Shown here: positions 1-9,295 of the stretch, one piece after another
Numbering within the stretch: position 1 is the stretch's first letter
Layout: each line of letters begins with the position of its first letter
Program-made: the position numbers and the translations under genes
Notes under the pieces: generated by a model
Seen by the model: only the letters and a program-made list of their open reading frames with translations
What the model was told of the DNA's origin: nothing
Databases searched by the model: none
DNA from: an uncultured Bacteroidia bacterium
GTDB taxonomy: Bacteria; Bacteroidota; Bacteroidia; Bacteroidales; CAJPTX01
Direction: 5' to 3'
NCBI GenBank assembly: GCA_938040915.1
Contig: CALHZE010000233.1
Location: 1-53,495 of the forward strand
Length of the DNA stretch: 53,495 nucleotides

Positions 1-755
1 GGGTTGCTTTGAGGGATGAGCTCTGCCGCCTCTTTGCGCGAGAACGTATCTAAGTAGTTAGCATGATAGCGTGCAGCAAAGAGCCCATAGATAAGCGTCT
101 GCGCATACCAATCTGCAAACTCTACTTGCGAGACATTGCTCATCAGCACGTTCTTTATGCGCAAGAGCTGCTGGTGAAGGTCATACCCAGTCTCGCTGGT
201 GGGGTCGCCCAGTACGACGCGAACCGAGCGCGCCAAGAGTTGCGCCTTCCCTGCCATCAGCAGTGCCAACCGCTTAGCCGAGGTAATGGGCACGGGCTGC
301 GCATCGCGTAGATGTGCCACAAGTTCAGCAAACTTAGCCTCGGCATCGGGGAGAGGCGCTAAGCGATCGCCGTCCTGCTCCGCCACACGCACTTCGAGCA
401 GGCACTCCCCTTCTTGGTAGAGCAAAAAGTGGAGGAAGTCGGTAAAGACGATACAGTCGAGCCCTTGTTTGTAGCGATCGAACTGCTCCTTGTTCTGCCG
501 CGCGCCCCTCAGGTCGGGGTCGCCAATATCCTTAGTTTCGAGGTAAGCGACAGGGGTATTCTCTTGGTTAAGCAGCACGATGTCGGGCGCGCCACATTCG
601 ATGCGCTTCGGTTCGTTAAGTACACGAAAGCGGCTAAGTTCTGGCAAGGAAGAGAGTAACTCTACCAATGCAGGGCGGAGCGTATGTTCTGTTGTAATCC
701 CTGTCTTGTATTCTTGCGAAAGGCGTGCAAGGTAGGTTTGCAATGGGGTGGGCAT
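1..755 (-). CDS. Type IIG restriction-modification enzyme (nuclease + N6-adenine methyltransferase fusion); only the N-terminal ~251 aa are present, and the gene continues past the window start
   Basis: Edge-truncated ORF missing from the supplied track. Hand translation of the minus strand from ATG 755-753 gives MPTPLQTYLARLSQEYKTGITTEHTLRPALVELL..RIECGAPDIVLLNQENTPVAYLETKDIG (PD..ExK nuclease motif)..KEQFDRYKQGLDCIVFTDFLHFLLYQEGE..SAKRLALLMAGKAQLL..QVEFADWYAQTLIYGLFAARY..FSRKEAAELIPQSN, with no stop down to nt 1. From memory this layout matches the N-termini of Eco57I/AcuI-like type IIG enzymes. An alternative in-frame ATG lies at 785. Confidence 0.6.
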   Translation of the reverse strand, partial: MPTPLQTYLARLSQEYKTGITTEHTLRPALVELLSSLPELSRFRVLNEPKRIECGAPDIVLLNQENTPVAYLETKDIGDPDLRGARQNKEQFDRYKQGLDCIVFTDFLHFLLYQEGECLLEVRVAEQDGDRLAPLPDAEAKFAELVAHLRDAQPVPITSAKRLALLMAGKAQLLARSVRVVLGDPTSETGYDLHQQLLRIKNVLMSNVSQVEFADWYAQTLIYGLFAARYHANYLDTFSRKEAAELIPQSN

Positions 756-790
756 GGTTATGTCTTTAACAGGCGAGCTTTTCATCAAGT

Positions 791-798
791 CAAAGGTA
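791..798 (-). promoter_or_regulatory. Bacteroidota-type -7 promoter box (TACCTTTG on minus strand) upstream of the RM gene
   Basis: Matches TAnnTTTG. It lies 36 nt upstream of ATG 755 and only 6 nt upstream of the alternative ATG 785. Confidence 0.35.
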
Positions 799-834
799 GG
801 TAATAAGGAGGAACAAGGCTTTGCGAAATAGCGC

Positions 835-842
835 TATCTTTG
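835..842 (+). promoter_or_regulatory. Bacteroidota-type -7 promoter box (TATCTTTG) for aroD; would give a near-leaderless mRNA
   Basis: Matches TAnnTTTG only 4 nt before ATG 846. Arranged divergently to the RM promoter. Confidence 0.3.
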
Positions 843-845
843 GAT

Positions 846-1484
846 ATGAAAGCCCATTGCCTCTGCTTGGTGTTGAGCGAGCCCTCCCGCCCCGACCCTG
901 TCGTTTACCCCCCCCACACGACTTGGCTCGAGCTCCGTTGGGACAAGATCGGGGACGCCCCCACGGGGTGGCTTGAGGCGCTACGAAGCGCCTACGACAA
1001 GCTCATTTACACCTACCGAGGCGACGCAACTTCGGCAACAGCACGCGCCCAGCACTATGCTGCGTGGATCAGGGAGGGGGTTCCATTCGTAGACATTGAC
1101 TACCAAGAACCTTTTTTGAAAAGACTCTTGGACGAATGGGGAGACAGCGCGACACGCCTTATCCTTTCGCGCCACATCTGGGAATATACAGGCAACCTCA
1201 ACAGCTTACGCTCGGCGCTCGGCGTCATGGAGACGCTCCACCCCTACTTGTCAAAACTTGCGGTGCTATGCCAAAGCGCCGAAGAGGCGGCAGCGTTACT
1301 CTCGCTCTATAACGATTCGCACCACCGGCTCATTTTCGCCATGGGAGGCGTCGGGGGGTTTACCCGTCTTGCCGCCCCCTATCTCGGCGCACCTTACACC
1401 TACGCTGCCTATAGCGAGGCGGTAGCGCCTGGGCTACTCCCTGCCCCCCTGATGCAACAAATCTTCGACGCGTGGGATGATTGA
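846..1484 (+). CDS. aroD: 3-dehydroquinate dehydratase, type I-like
   Basis: ORF 840..1484 (TTG); the first ATG is at 846. LILSRHIW, SKLAVL, IFAMGGVGGFTRL and APGLL resemble the type I DHQase motifs (SxH, K-x-A, MGxxGxxSR, APGQ). It overlaps aroE by 8 nt and sits upstream of aroA. Confidence 0.5.
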   Translation: MKAHCLCLVLSEPSRPDPVVYPPHTTWLELRWDKIGDAPTGWLEALRSAYDKLIYTYRGDATSATARAQHYAAWIREGVPFVDIDYQEPFLKRLLDEWGDSATRLILSRHIWEYTGNLNSLRSALGVMETLHPYLSKLAVLCQSAEEAAALLSLYNDSHHRLIFAMGGVGGFTRLAAPYLGAPYTYAAYSEAVAPGLLPAPLMQQIFDAWDD

Positions 1485-2265
1485 CAACACCCTCCGGATG
1501 GGTCTATTGGGTTACCCCGTCGCCCATTCTCAAAGCCCCACACTTTTTGCCCAACTCGGCGAGAGGCACGGGGTGATCACCCACTACACCCTTTTCGAAC
1601 GAGCAGAGGTGACCGACATGCGCACCGAGCTGCAACGCCTCTTTACCGACCATAGCCTCGACGGTCTCAATGTCACCGCCCCCTACAAAGAGCGTGTAGC
1701 CGAGGTGATGACGACCCTCTCGCCTCGCGCCGCAAGCGTCAGAGCCGTAAACTTAGTCACACGTTCGGGCGACGGCTTCCACGGCGACAATACCGACCTC
1801 GTGGGGTGTCGTGTCATGTTAACTGACACAGGAAGTCTCATTTCTGTAAGGGCGCAACCTGACGCGCCCAATCAAGACGTGCGCCCGATGGTTGTCTTGG
1901 GCGCAGGCGGTGCCGCACGCGTCATTTTACAGACCCTGCGAGAGATGGGTTGTCCCGCTTACGTGCACAACCGGACGGAAGACACCGGACGACACGTTGC
2001 CACGGAATATGGTGCTACTTACCTATCTGCAGACGAATTAGCTACTATTCGCATAAGCTTTTCTCTATTTTCTGCTTTACCGGCAAGCGCTCCCCTCCCC
2101 GTCTTGCCGCGGGCAAACCTTCGGGCGTGCTATGATGTTGCCTATATTGATTCGCCCCTCAAGTGTCTTGCCGATGAGTGCAGACTCCCCTACTACGACG
2201 GCTATATGTGGCTCGCTGCCCAAGCTCGAGAGAACTTTGCCCTATTGACGGGGCGAAAAGGATAG
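1477..2265 (+). CDS. aroE: Shikimate dehydrogenase
   Basis: N-terminal LLGYPVAHSQSPTLF (xGxPIxHSxSP motif), NVTAPYKE, NTD, and a Rossmann motif VVLGAGGAARV. An alternative start lies at 1498. Confidence 0.8.
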   Translation: MIDNTLRMGLLGYPVAHSQSPTLFAQLGERHGVITHYTLFERAEVTDMRTELQRLFTDHSLDGLNVTAPYKERVAEVMTTLSPRAASVRAVNLVTRSGDGFHGDNTDLVGCRVMLTDTGSLISVRAQPDAPNQDVRPMVVLGAGGAARVILQTLREMGCPAYVHNRTEDTGRHVATEYGATYLSADELATIRISFSLFSALPASAPLPVLPRANLRACYDVAYIDSPLKCLADECRLPYYDGYMWLAAQARENFALLTGRKG

Positions 2266-2275
2266 CCGAAGAGAG

Positions 2276-3514
2276 ATGCGCACTGTTTCCCTCCCTTCTT
2301 CTAAAAGTATTGCCCTTCGCACACTTTTACTTGCTTCCGTGGCACAGGGCGTCTCTGTGATCGAGGGGATAACTCTGTGTGATGATGTACAGGCACTTCT
2401 GGCCAATTTCCAAGCACTGGGGATCTCCTACTCTGTAGGCTCAGAAGCGATCGAGATACGCGGAGGACGATGGCAGCGCGCCGAGCATCTTGATTGTGGC
2501 GAGTCGGGGTTCTTAGCGCGTACCCTCCCCTTCCTCAGTGCGCTCCAGGGGCATGAAGGGCGCATCGAGGGGCGAGGTTCTCTCGTTCGTCGCAACCTAG
2601 ACGATCTTTCCACTCTCTTTGCTGCTGCGGGCGGAAAATGCCATAGCCATAACGGCACACTGCCGATGACCTATAGCCCTCTCGTGCCGCAGGAAGAGAT
2701 CACGGTCAGCCATCTTAGTTCGTCACAGGGGCTTTCGGGGCTCTTAATGGGGTTGCCTCTTACAGACCGCGTAAAACGCCTCAAATTCTTCGACATTCCA
2801 AGTCGTGGGTATATTGATGCAACGATTCGCGTTATGCGGGAATTTGATGGTTTATTTGAGGTGAAAGAGGTATTAAACGGTAGAGAGGTAGAGGTGGTCT
2901 GTTCGAACCCCCATATACGGCATCACGGTTACCGCTGTTGGCACGGCAGGGTAGAAGCCGACTGGAGTGCCGCAGCACAGGTTATCGCGACCCTACAAGT
3001 GGGGGAAACGCTCTGTTTGTTAGGGCTAGATGCCGACTCTCTCCAACCCGACCGAAAGATCTTAGGCGTGGTTACCGAGGCGGGGTGGAACGCTCGTTGG
3101 GAGGAAGGGGCACTCTACCTTAAGGCGTCGGGGGCGCTTCGCCCCTTCGCTTTCGATGCAAGCGACTGCCCAGATCTCTTTCCTGCCCTCGCCGCATTGG
3201 CAAGTCAAGCCGTGGGGAAAAGTGAGATAAGGGGTATCCACCGCCTCCGCAACAAGGAGTCTGACCGAGCAGAGGCTCTCCAGACGATGCTCTCTCGTTA
3301 TGGGTTGCCATGCGCCATGACGGGTGATACGCTGTACGTCGACGGGGGGAGTCCGCTCGCCACAGAGACAATCCCCACCTTTCACGACCACCGAATCGCG
3401 ATGGCTGCCGCCGCCATCGGGTTACGTTGCCCGACCCCACCGGTACTAGACGATGTGGTGTGTGTGGCGAAATCTTACCCTAGGTTCTTTGACTGCCTAC
3501 CGAGGCGAGGATAA
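2276..3514 (+). CDS. aroA: 3-phosphoshikimate 1-carboxyvinyltransferase (EPSP synthase)
   Basis: 412 aa. Has LPSSKSIALR (LPGSKSxxxR-type motif), RLRNKESDRAEAL (KESDR motif), HDHRIAMA, and a C-terminal KSYPRFF. Confidence 0.85.
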   Translation: MRTVSLPSSKSIALRTLLLASVAQGVSVIEGITLCDDVQALLANFQALGISYSVGSEAIEIRGGRWQRAEHLDCGESGFLARTLPFLSALQGHEGRIEGRGSLVRRNLDDLSTLFAAAGGKCHSHNGTLPMTYSPLVPQEEITVSHLSSSQGLSGLLMGLPLTDRVKRLKFFDIPSRGYIDATIRVMREFDGLFEVKEVLNGREVEVVCSNPHIRHHGYRCWHGRVEADWSAAAQVIATLQVGETLCLLGLDADSLQPDRKILGVVTEAGWNARWEEGALYLKASGALRPFAFDASDCPDLFPALAALASQAVGKSEIRGIHRLRNKESDRAEALQTMLSRYGLPCAMTGDTLYVDGGSPLATETIPTFHDHRIAMAAAAIGLRCPTPPVLDDVVCVAKSYPRFFDCLPRRG

Positions 3515-3548
3515 CTCAAGCACCTGTAAGAGGTGTGTCAAAAGGGCG

Positions 3549-3588
3549 TACAAGCAAGCGCTTACTCAGATAGACACGCTTGCTTGTA
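3549..3588 (+). terminator. 12-bp stem hairpin downstream of aroA (weak U-tract)
   Basis: TACAAGCAAGCG (3549-3560) pairs with CGCTTGCTTGTA (3577-3588), leaving a 16-nt loop. No clear T-run follows. Confidence 0.3.
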
Positions 3589-3603
3589 GAGAAAACTCCA
3601 GAC

Positions 3604-3644
3604 AAAAAGCGAGCGGGGCAAACCCTAATGGTCTGCCCCGCTCG
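3604..3644 (-). terminator. Rho-independent terminator of the PD40/OmpA operon
   Basis: CGAGCGGGGCA (3610-3620) pairs with TGCCCCGCTCG (3634-3644). On the minus strand the hairpin is followed by TTTTT (3604-3608), about 50 nt after the stop at 3691. Confidence 0.6.
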
Positions 3645-3690
3645 TTGTCAATACGGGCAAATCAAGCCTTGCCCTTACAGGTCGTGGAGG

Positions 3691-5937
3691 TTAGATACCC
3701 ACAATGGTGAAGTCTACACGACGGTTACGCGCACGCCCTTCCTTGGTCTTGTTAGACGCCTTGGGCTTATCAGGACCGTAACCCTTAGCTTGGAAGCGAT
3801 CCTTGCTAATACCTTGCTCGATAATGTACAGCGCGACAGACTTCGCACGCTCTTGCGAGAGGCGCTTGTTGGTTGCTGCGCTCCCGACATTATCGGTGTG
3901 ACCACCGATTTCCACCTTCACGTTCGGGTACTCTTGGAAGAACTCTACCAAGGCATTCAACGAACGGTAAGACTCTTCCTTCAGCTTACTCTTACCCGTT
4001 TCAAAGAAGATGTTTTCAATGTCGACAGACTGACCGATTTCAAGCGGGGTTACAAAGAAGTCTCTCATCACGGTTTCGCGTGGTTTCGCGTTACGCAAGT
4101 CGACTACCTCGAGCTTGTTATAGAAGTTGGGCACGCTTGGCACAAGGTCATAGTCTGCCCCAGGGAGAAGCTTCAAGCTATAGGTCGCATCGGCTGGGTT
4201 GTAGACGAAGGCATCAGAGATTTGCTTGTTCACACGCATCTTAGCAATGATGCCAGCCTCAAGCGGCTGCCCTGTCTTGGTGTTAATCATGCGACCGCGG
4301 AGGGTAACAAGATTGTCAAGCTTGGGTTTCGCCGGTACGTTCTGCGAGATCGTCCCATACTCGTTGTGCTGAGTCAAGTCCAGCTCGGTCGGGATAGGCG
4401 TATAGTCTGTCGCCTGTACCGAGAGGTTATACTTACGCCCGTAAGGCAAGTTGACTGAGTAGGACGAGCGAGCTGGGTCAAACTTGAGCGAATCACACGG
4501 CTTACCGTCAATCAGGAGCACGGGGTTGTTCTTCGCTGGGATCGCGGTCTGCGATAGGCTATTGGTCAAGATACCCGAGACATTGAGGTAGGGCAAGGTC
4601 CTGAAAGTAATTCGGATTTCATGCTCGCTATAGAGCTTGTGCCCCGTGACATCTACGACAGCCGTGTCAGAAGTGTAGTGCTGAAGGTTGGCGGTAAACT
4701 CATAGCGCTGCCCCAAGGGGAGGAGCGCAAAGAAGGTAGCCCCGTCCATAACCACAGAGTCGCTCGGCACGCCATTGATACGCACCTCAATCTCCTTGTT
4801 CGCGGGCATCAACTCGCCATTCTTTGCGTTAACAAGATACCCCTTGACCTGAATCCACGGACGTTCCTCAACGAGCATTACACGATAGATGTCAGACTTG
4901 CCATACGTTTCGCGGTGTGAGCAGAAGTAAGCGTATGTACCCGCTTTGTGGGGCGAGAAGTAGGAGTCCCAGAGTTGCGAGTTCACCGTGTCAGAGATCG
5001 GGTGGAGATCCTTCCACTCGCGCATCCCCTTCTTCTTGTTGACAGGGGCTACTGAGTAGAGCTTGGCGGGGTCTTTGTCGGTCTTGTTGCGGCGACCGCT
5101 GAAGTAGAGACGACCATCATACTCAGACAAGAAGGGCGACTCTGCATGATAGAAGTCTTCGAATGGACCCTTGAGCTGACGCGGCTTAGAATACTTGAGG
5201 ATGATGGGCTTATAGGTCTTTACCACTTTCTTCCCCGTGGTCGGATTGATCTGGACGCTGTCGTGCTCCTGGATCGAGTCTTGCTGAAAGAACTTCTTGA
5301 GTTGTAACGTATCCTTAATCTCAGCGACATACATCCGCAAGCGCTTGCTAGCCCAGCGGTTTGAGAACGACATAAAGATATACCGCGCGTCGGGGGTAAT
5401 CATGGCCGTAGCCAAATCGCCCTCGTTCTTCCAACTATACCACGGCATCTTGATACGGACGGGCGTTCCCCACGAGCCGTCTTTGTTCCGCTTAATCAGA
5501 GAGAAGCCTTTCCGCAGCCAATGTTGCCCAGGTTGGTCAAAGATACCCGAGATAAGGTAGGTCTTGCCATCAGCCAGCACGCCATGCATAGAGTTATACT
5601 GGGTGAGGTTGATCGAGTTGGGGAGACGCTCTGGGTCTGTCCAGCCGCCATCTTTCTTTTTGGTAGACATCCAAATATCTTGGGAGTCATACTTGTAGCG
5701 ATTTTCCGGGTGATTCATTCGCCCAAAGTAAAGCGTATCACCGGTGATCGAGAGTACGGGGTTTACCTCTGCATACTCTGAGTTGATAACCGCTCCCAAG
5801 TTTACAGGAGGGAACGACTGCGCCGCTGCACGCGAGGGTGCAAAAAAGGGCACAAAGAGGAGTCCTGCCAAAAGACTCCAAAGGACGGATGTATGGTTTC
5901 GATTGCGCATCGTGCCTAATACTTTACTGGTATTCAT
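3691..5937 (-). CDS. OmpA-family envelope protein with TolB-like PD40 repeats and CarboxypepD_reg-like domains
   Basis: 748 aa with a signal peptide. Has PD40-like repeats (INSEYAEVNPVLSITGDTLYF), beta-sandwich segments (VKGYLVNAKNGE..), and a C-terminal OmpA peptidoglycan-binding domain (NIFFETGKSKL..GGHTDNVGSAATNKRLSQERAKSV..NRRVDFTIV). Confidence 0.8.
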   Translation of the reverse strand: MNTSKVLGTMRNRNHTSVLWSLLAGLLFVPFFAPSRAAAQSFPPVNLGAVINSEYAEVNPVLSITGDTLYFGRMNHPENRYKYDSQDIWMSTKKKDGGWTDPERLPNSINLTQYNSMHGVLADGKTYLISGIFDQPGQHWLRKGFSLIKRNKDGSWGTPVRIKMPWYSWKNEGDLATAMITPDARYIFMSFSNRWASKRLRMYVAEIKDTLQLKKFFQQDSIQEHDSVQINPTTGKKVVKTYKPIILKYSKPRQLKGPFEDFYHAESPFLSEYDGRLYFSGRRNKTDKDPAKLYSVAPVNKKKGMREWKDLHPISDTVNSQLWDSYFSPHKAGTYAYFCSHRETYGKSDIYRVMLVEERPWIQVKGYLVNAKNGELMPANKEIEVRINGVPSDSVVMDGATFFALLPLGQRYEFTANLQHYTSDTAVVDVTGHKLYSEHEIRITFRTLPYLNVSGILTNSLSQTAIPAKNNPVLLIDGKPCDSLKFDPARSSYSVNLPYGRKYNLSVQATDYTPIPTELDLTQHNEYGTISQNVPAKPKLDNLVTLRGRMINTKTGQPLEAGIIAKMRVNKQISDAFVYNPADATYSLKLLPGADYDLVPSVPNFYNKLEVVDLRNAKPRETVMRDFFVTPLEIGQSVDIENIFFETGKSKLKEESYRSLNALVEFFQEYPNVKVEIGGHTDNVGSAATNKRLSQERAKSVALYIIEQGISKDRFQAKGYGPDKPKASNKTKEGRARNRRVDFTIVGI

Positions 5938-5951
5938 CTTCGGCGTCCTCC

Positions 5952-7352
5952 TTACTTTTGAGTCAACTGACTATTGGGGTAGAGAGGACCGATCACGATA
6001 TTCATCCCGATCCGCAAATTGGTAGCCTTAAGGTCAATGGGGTTAAGGAGACCATAGAGGTTGTCGGTGATGAGATAGAACTGGTAAGCGCCTGGGCTAA
6101 AGACGAGCGCACCCCCGAAATTGAGGAACGAGCGCTGATTGTAGCTCACGGCAAACTGCCCCGAAAAGAGCGCACTATAGCCCTGTTGGATAGACGCCGT
6201 AAAGGAAGGATAAACTTGCCCTTGGTGGATCGTCATCGCAGCCGAGAGACCTGCGTGGGTCTGACGCGCCAAGCGGTAAGTCCCCATAAGGTAAAACTTC
6301 GGAGAGAGCCAAGTGTTGTAAGACTCACCCTTAGTGTTCTGCTCGTCAAGATCCATATGAAATTGTTTCTTGAAGTTGTCGCTAGAGAGGAAATCCCAGT
6401 CCATCTTTTTACGGAAAAGGATGGTGTTAAAGCCCGAGAGACCCATCACCCACGACTGGTCTTCCTTGAGTTTTGCCTGCCCGAGGCCTTGTCCCCAGTG
6501 TATCATACCGAGGTCGGTAAAAGCAAAGGTAAAGCGGAAACGATTGTCCTGTGGAAGGATGTAGGTCGCAGCACCCGAAAGCGCAAAACCAGGGTTGGTA
6601 AAGTTGATATACGTCCCCACCTTCTTGTAGTCGGGGAGCTTGGGCTCGCCATTTTCGATCGGGAGACCCGAGGTGCGCAACACACCCTTTTGGTCAATGA
6701 TGTGAGCAAAACGCTTCTCATTCTCCTCGGTAATCGTAAGCCCTAGGTTATCTGCCACGAGATTCCCATTGACCGAACCGCCAAGGAAGGAGATACGCCC
6801 CCCAAAAATCCAGTCCTCATAAGGGTGTGAAGCGCCGAGGGTAAGCTCATTATAGTTGGTTACATCAAATCGGAGGTCGTTCATATCCAAGCGATTGCCC
6901 ACAAGCCACTTATTCCCCTCGACACCAAGACGCACAAGTTCTGTGGGGTAAACCAACGACTGGGTAGTCTGGTTACGCCACCCAAACCAGAAGAACCACC
7001 GACGCCACGCCATCCGGAAATGGAGGATGTCAATCCCCATTTCAAAATACTCTTGCGAGGTCTTGTAGTTCTGCATCTCCGAAGAGAGCTTGTCGGGCAA
7101 GAGAAAACGCGTCGAGCCTCGAAGTTCGGAGACCGAACGCAACGAGAAGGCGTTGTTAATCAACCCCACTTCGATAGAAGAAAGCACGGGTACGCCGATG
7201 CTAAAACGATGCATTGGGCGTACGGCCGCATTAGCCCAGCTCGACTGGAAAGCCAAGTCGTTGTAGGGCAAAAGCATCTGTGTTTGCGCCTTGACACCTG
7301 CAGCAGCCAAGAGCCCGAGGAAGGCGCACGCTAATAGTTTTTTCATATTCAT
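5952..7352 (-). CDS. Putative outer-membrane beta-barrel protein of unknown family
   Basis: 466 aa with a signal peptide (MKKLLACAFLGLLAAAGVKAQ). It is rich in alternating aromatic/Gly beta-strand patterns (YQFYLITDNLYGLL, LRIGMNIVIG). It does not show the PorP/SprF N-terminal motif I remember. Only 13-14 nt separate it from both neighbours. Confidence 0.5.
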   Translation of the reverse strand: MNMKKLLACAFLGLLAAAGVKAQTQMLLPYNDLAFQSSWANAAVRPMHRFSIGVPVLSSIEVGLINNAFSLRSVSELRGSTRFLLPDKLSSEMQNYKTSQEYFEMGIDILHFRMAWRRWFFWFGWRNQTTQSLVYPTELVRLGVEGNKWLVGNRLDMNDLRFDVTNYNELTLGASHPYEDWIFGGRISFLGGSVNGNLVADNLGLTITEENEKRFAHIIDQKGVLRTSGLPIENGEPKLPDYKKVGTYINFTNPGFALSGAATYILPQDNRFRFTFAFTDLGMIHWGQGLGQAKLKEDQSWVMGLSGFNTILFRKKMDWDFLSSDNFKKQFHMDLDEQNTKGESYNTWLSPKFYLMGTYRLARQTHAGLSAAMTIHQGQVYPSFTASIQQGYSALFSGQFAVSYNQRSFLNFGGALVFSPGAYQFYLITDNLYGLLNPIDLKATNLRIGMNIVIGPLYPNSQLTQK

Positions 7353-7365
7353 TGTCGCCTCAAGG

Positions 7366-9093
7366 TTATTTCTTCTTACCGAAGTCGTCTCCCATCTTTA
7401 TCAAATCACTCGGCTTGCCGTATGCTTTGACATCTACAGCCACCTGTAAAAGGACGTTGTCGTCTTTCTTTACCCGCACATTCTTGCCCTCTGGGGTGAT
7501 AAAATAGTAGGTCGTACGGAGGGTTTTCGCATTGTTCGAGAGGTTCTCATACTGTTCCTTGGTCATCTGGTGCACATGTTCGCGGAAAGCAGGCTTATCC
7601 ACTCGCCCTTCGCCATTGACCTCACCACACGGGATGAAGAGATTCGCCCCCTCTTGCGCCTTACCGCCCTCATTGTTTATTGTGAGCTCCATCACCTTGT
7701 TCTTTGCTTTATCCAAGAACTCGAGCTTCGCATAACCGTCCATCGGGAGCGTGTTGAGAATGCCGATATGCAAGGCAATCGCCTGATCAATCCCCGCCGT
7801 ATTATCCTTGTTCTGGAGATAATCAGAGGCGTCCTTAGGGAATGTGTTGTCTGCGAGCTTCATCTCTGCGAGCATCTTGCTCGTCTTCAACATCCCGTAG
7901 AAGGGGATGCGCACCTCCATCTCATAGACGATCTTGCTGTCTAGCGGGAGGGGTTCATCATTTTGCGAAATACCCGTGTTCTCTAAAGCAAGCGCAACGT
8001 TAGAAACCTTCAGATCAAACAGAGCATTCCCGAAGATGTCGGCGATGTTCGAGTTCGAATTATTGAGAATAAACGTCTTCGACGCAGCATCTCCTAAGGA
8101 TTGCTCAGCCCCCCCAATCAAAAGGCTCTTACCCTTTTGTTCCTCAGAGAGCGCATCCAGATTTTGATTAACCACGTTGATTGGCGCTGGACTGTCTTCG
8201 CGGATTTCACTCGGGACAGCTTCTATCTTCGCCACAGATAACTTAGCAGGGGTCTTTGGGTCTTTGCTCACGCGTATCAACACTGACGACTCGGGCAAGT
8301 TGGCCTTTGCGACACGCATAGAAGAAAAGATATCAATCTTACGCGAGAACGAAACGACCGTCTTCGACGACGTGTTGAGCTTCGTATGCCCGATAGCTTC
8401 CTTGAGGATGAGGTTCATAAAATTGACCCCCACAGAGAGCTTTACCTTTTTGCTTCCCGCCGGTGCACCAACGACCTCTAGGTCAGAGACCATAAACGGA
8501 CACTTGTTATAGTAGGTTCCGTCATAAAATTGGAAACTCCGCCCCGATTTAATTTCCTCGGTAATATCAATCTCACCCTCTCCGTTGGCGGGGATGGCAA
8601 ACTCCTTGGTAATCGGCGTCGTGGGGTCTTGCCACGTGATTTTACCCTTGACTTGCGTCGCGTCAGCGCTCTCTGCCTTAGCGGTAATGACGATTTTGAA
8701 CTTATCAGCACTCCTAAACGAAACCTGCTTGACCTCACGAGCTGGTAAGATCTCCCACGGGAAAGCATAAACCTGAGAGGTCGTAGACTCTACGTCGATG
8801 TCTTGCGAATAAACGCCTGGTTTCAGGGTAACGCGGGAACTAAGCCCATGGCTCTCGATCTCTTGTTTGTCCCGATAGACTGCCACACAGGTTCCATCCG
8901 CTTCATATTCAAACGACGTGTGTTCCTGCTCGCGCGTCAACAGCTGTTCTACGCGGAGGGTATCTCGCAACACGGGTAGAATAAACTCCGGACGGATGGG
9001 GTCTACCTCCATATCCATCACGTCCTTATAACAGGAAGTGGCTCCCAAGAGCACCCCTCCTGCTAATAACCAAAAGGCTAACCTTTTATACAT
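7366..9093 (-). CDS. Lipoprotein of unknown function
   Basis: 575 aa. Signal peptide plus lipobox-like LLGATS-C (Cys21). I recognise no family motif. It is the first gene of the three-gene operon. Confidence 0.55.
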   Translation of the reverse strand: MYKRLAFWLLAGGVLLGATSCYKDVMDMEVDPIRPEFILPVLRDTLRVEQLLTREQEHTSFEYEADGTCVAVYRDKQEIESHGLSSRVTLKPGVYSQDIDVESTTSQVYAFPWEILPAREVKQVSFRSADKFKIVITAKAESADATQVKGKITWQDPTTPITKEFAIPANGEGEIDITEEIKSGRSFQFYDGTYYNKCPFMVSDLEVVGAPAGSKKVKLSVGVNFMNLILKEAIGHTKLNTSSKTVVSFSRKIDIFSSMRVAKANLPESSVLIRVSKDPKTPAKLSVAKIEAVPSEIREDSPAPINVVNQNLDALSEEQKGKSLLIGGAEQSLGDAASKTFILNNSNSNIADIFGNALFDLKVSNVALALENTGISQNDEPLPLDSKIVYEMEVRIPFYGMLKTSKMLAEMKLADNTFPKDASDYLQNKDNTAGIDQAIALHIGILNTLPMDGYAKLEFLDKAKNKVMELTINNEGGKAQEGANLFIPCGEVNGEGRVDKPAFREHVHQMTKEQYENLSNNAKTLRTTYYFITPEGKNVRVKKDDNVLLQVAVDVKAYGKPSDLIKMGDDFGKKK

Positions 9094-9180
9094 CGCAAAA
9101 GTGTTTAGTTTTCCAAAAACTTAGAAATGCCTAGTCGTTTCTGTTACGCAAGATTGACTAGATGTGTTCCAAAGGACGAA

Positions 9181-9212
9181 TAAAAAGAAAGCCTAGATTC
9201 CATCTAGGCTTT
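9181..9212 (-). terminator. Rho-independent terminator of ppiD
   Basis: AAAGCCTAGAT (9188-9198) pairs with ATCTAGGCTTT (9202-9212) with a 3-nt loop. On the minus strand it is followed by CTTTTTA. Confidence 0.6.
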
Positions 9213-9295
9213 ACTTTCGTTGATTAAAGCAATCTATTACGAGGTCTATTCCACAATAGCCGTTCCTCTGTCAAGAAAACAGGGTGCGGATACCA

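Noticed and set aside
2896-2910. GGTCTGTTCGAACCC, a tRNA T-arm-like sequence.
   Set aside because: It is inside aroA, and no acceptor, D or anticodon stems can be drawn. I found no tRNA or rRNA gene anywhere in the window.
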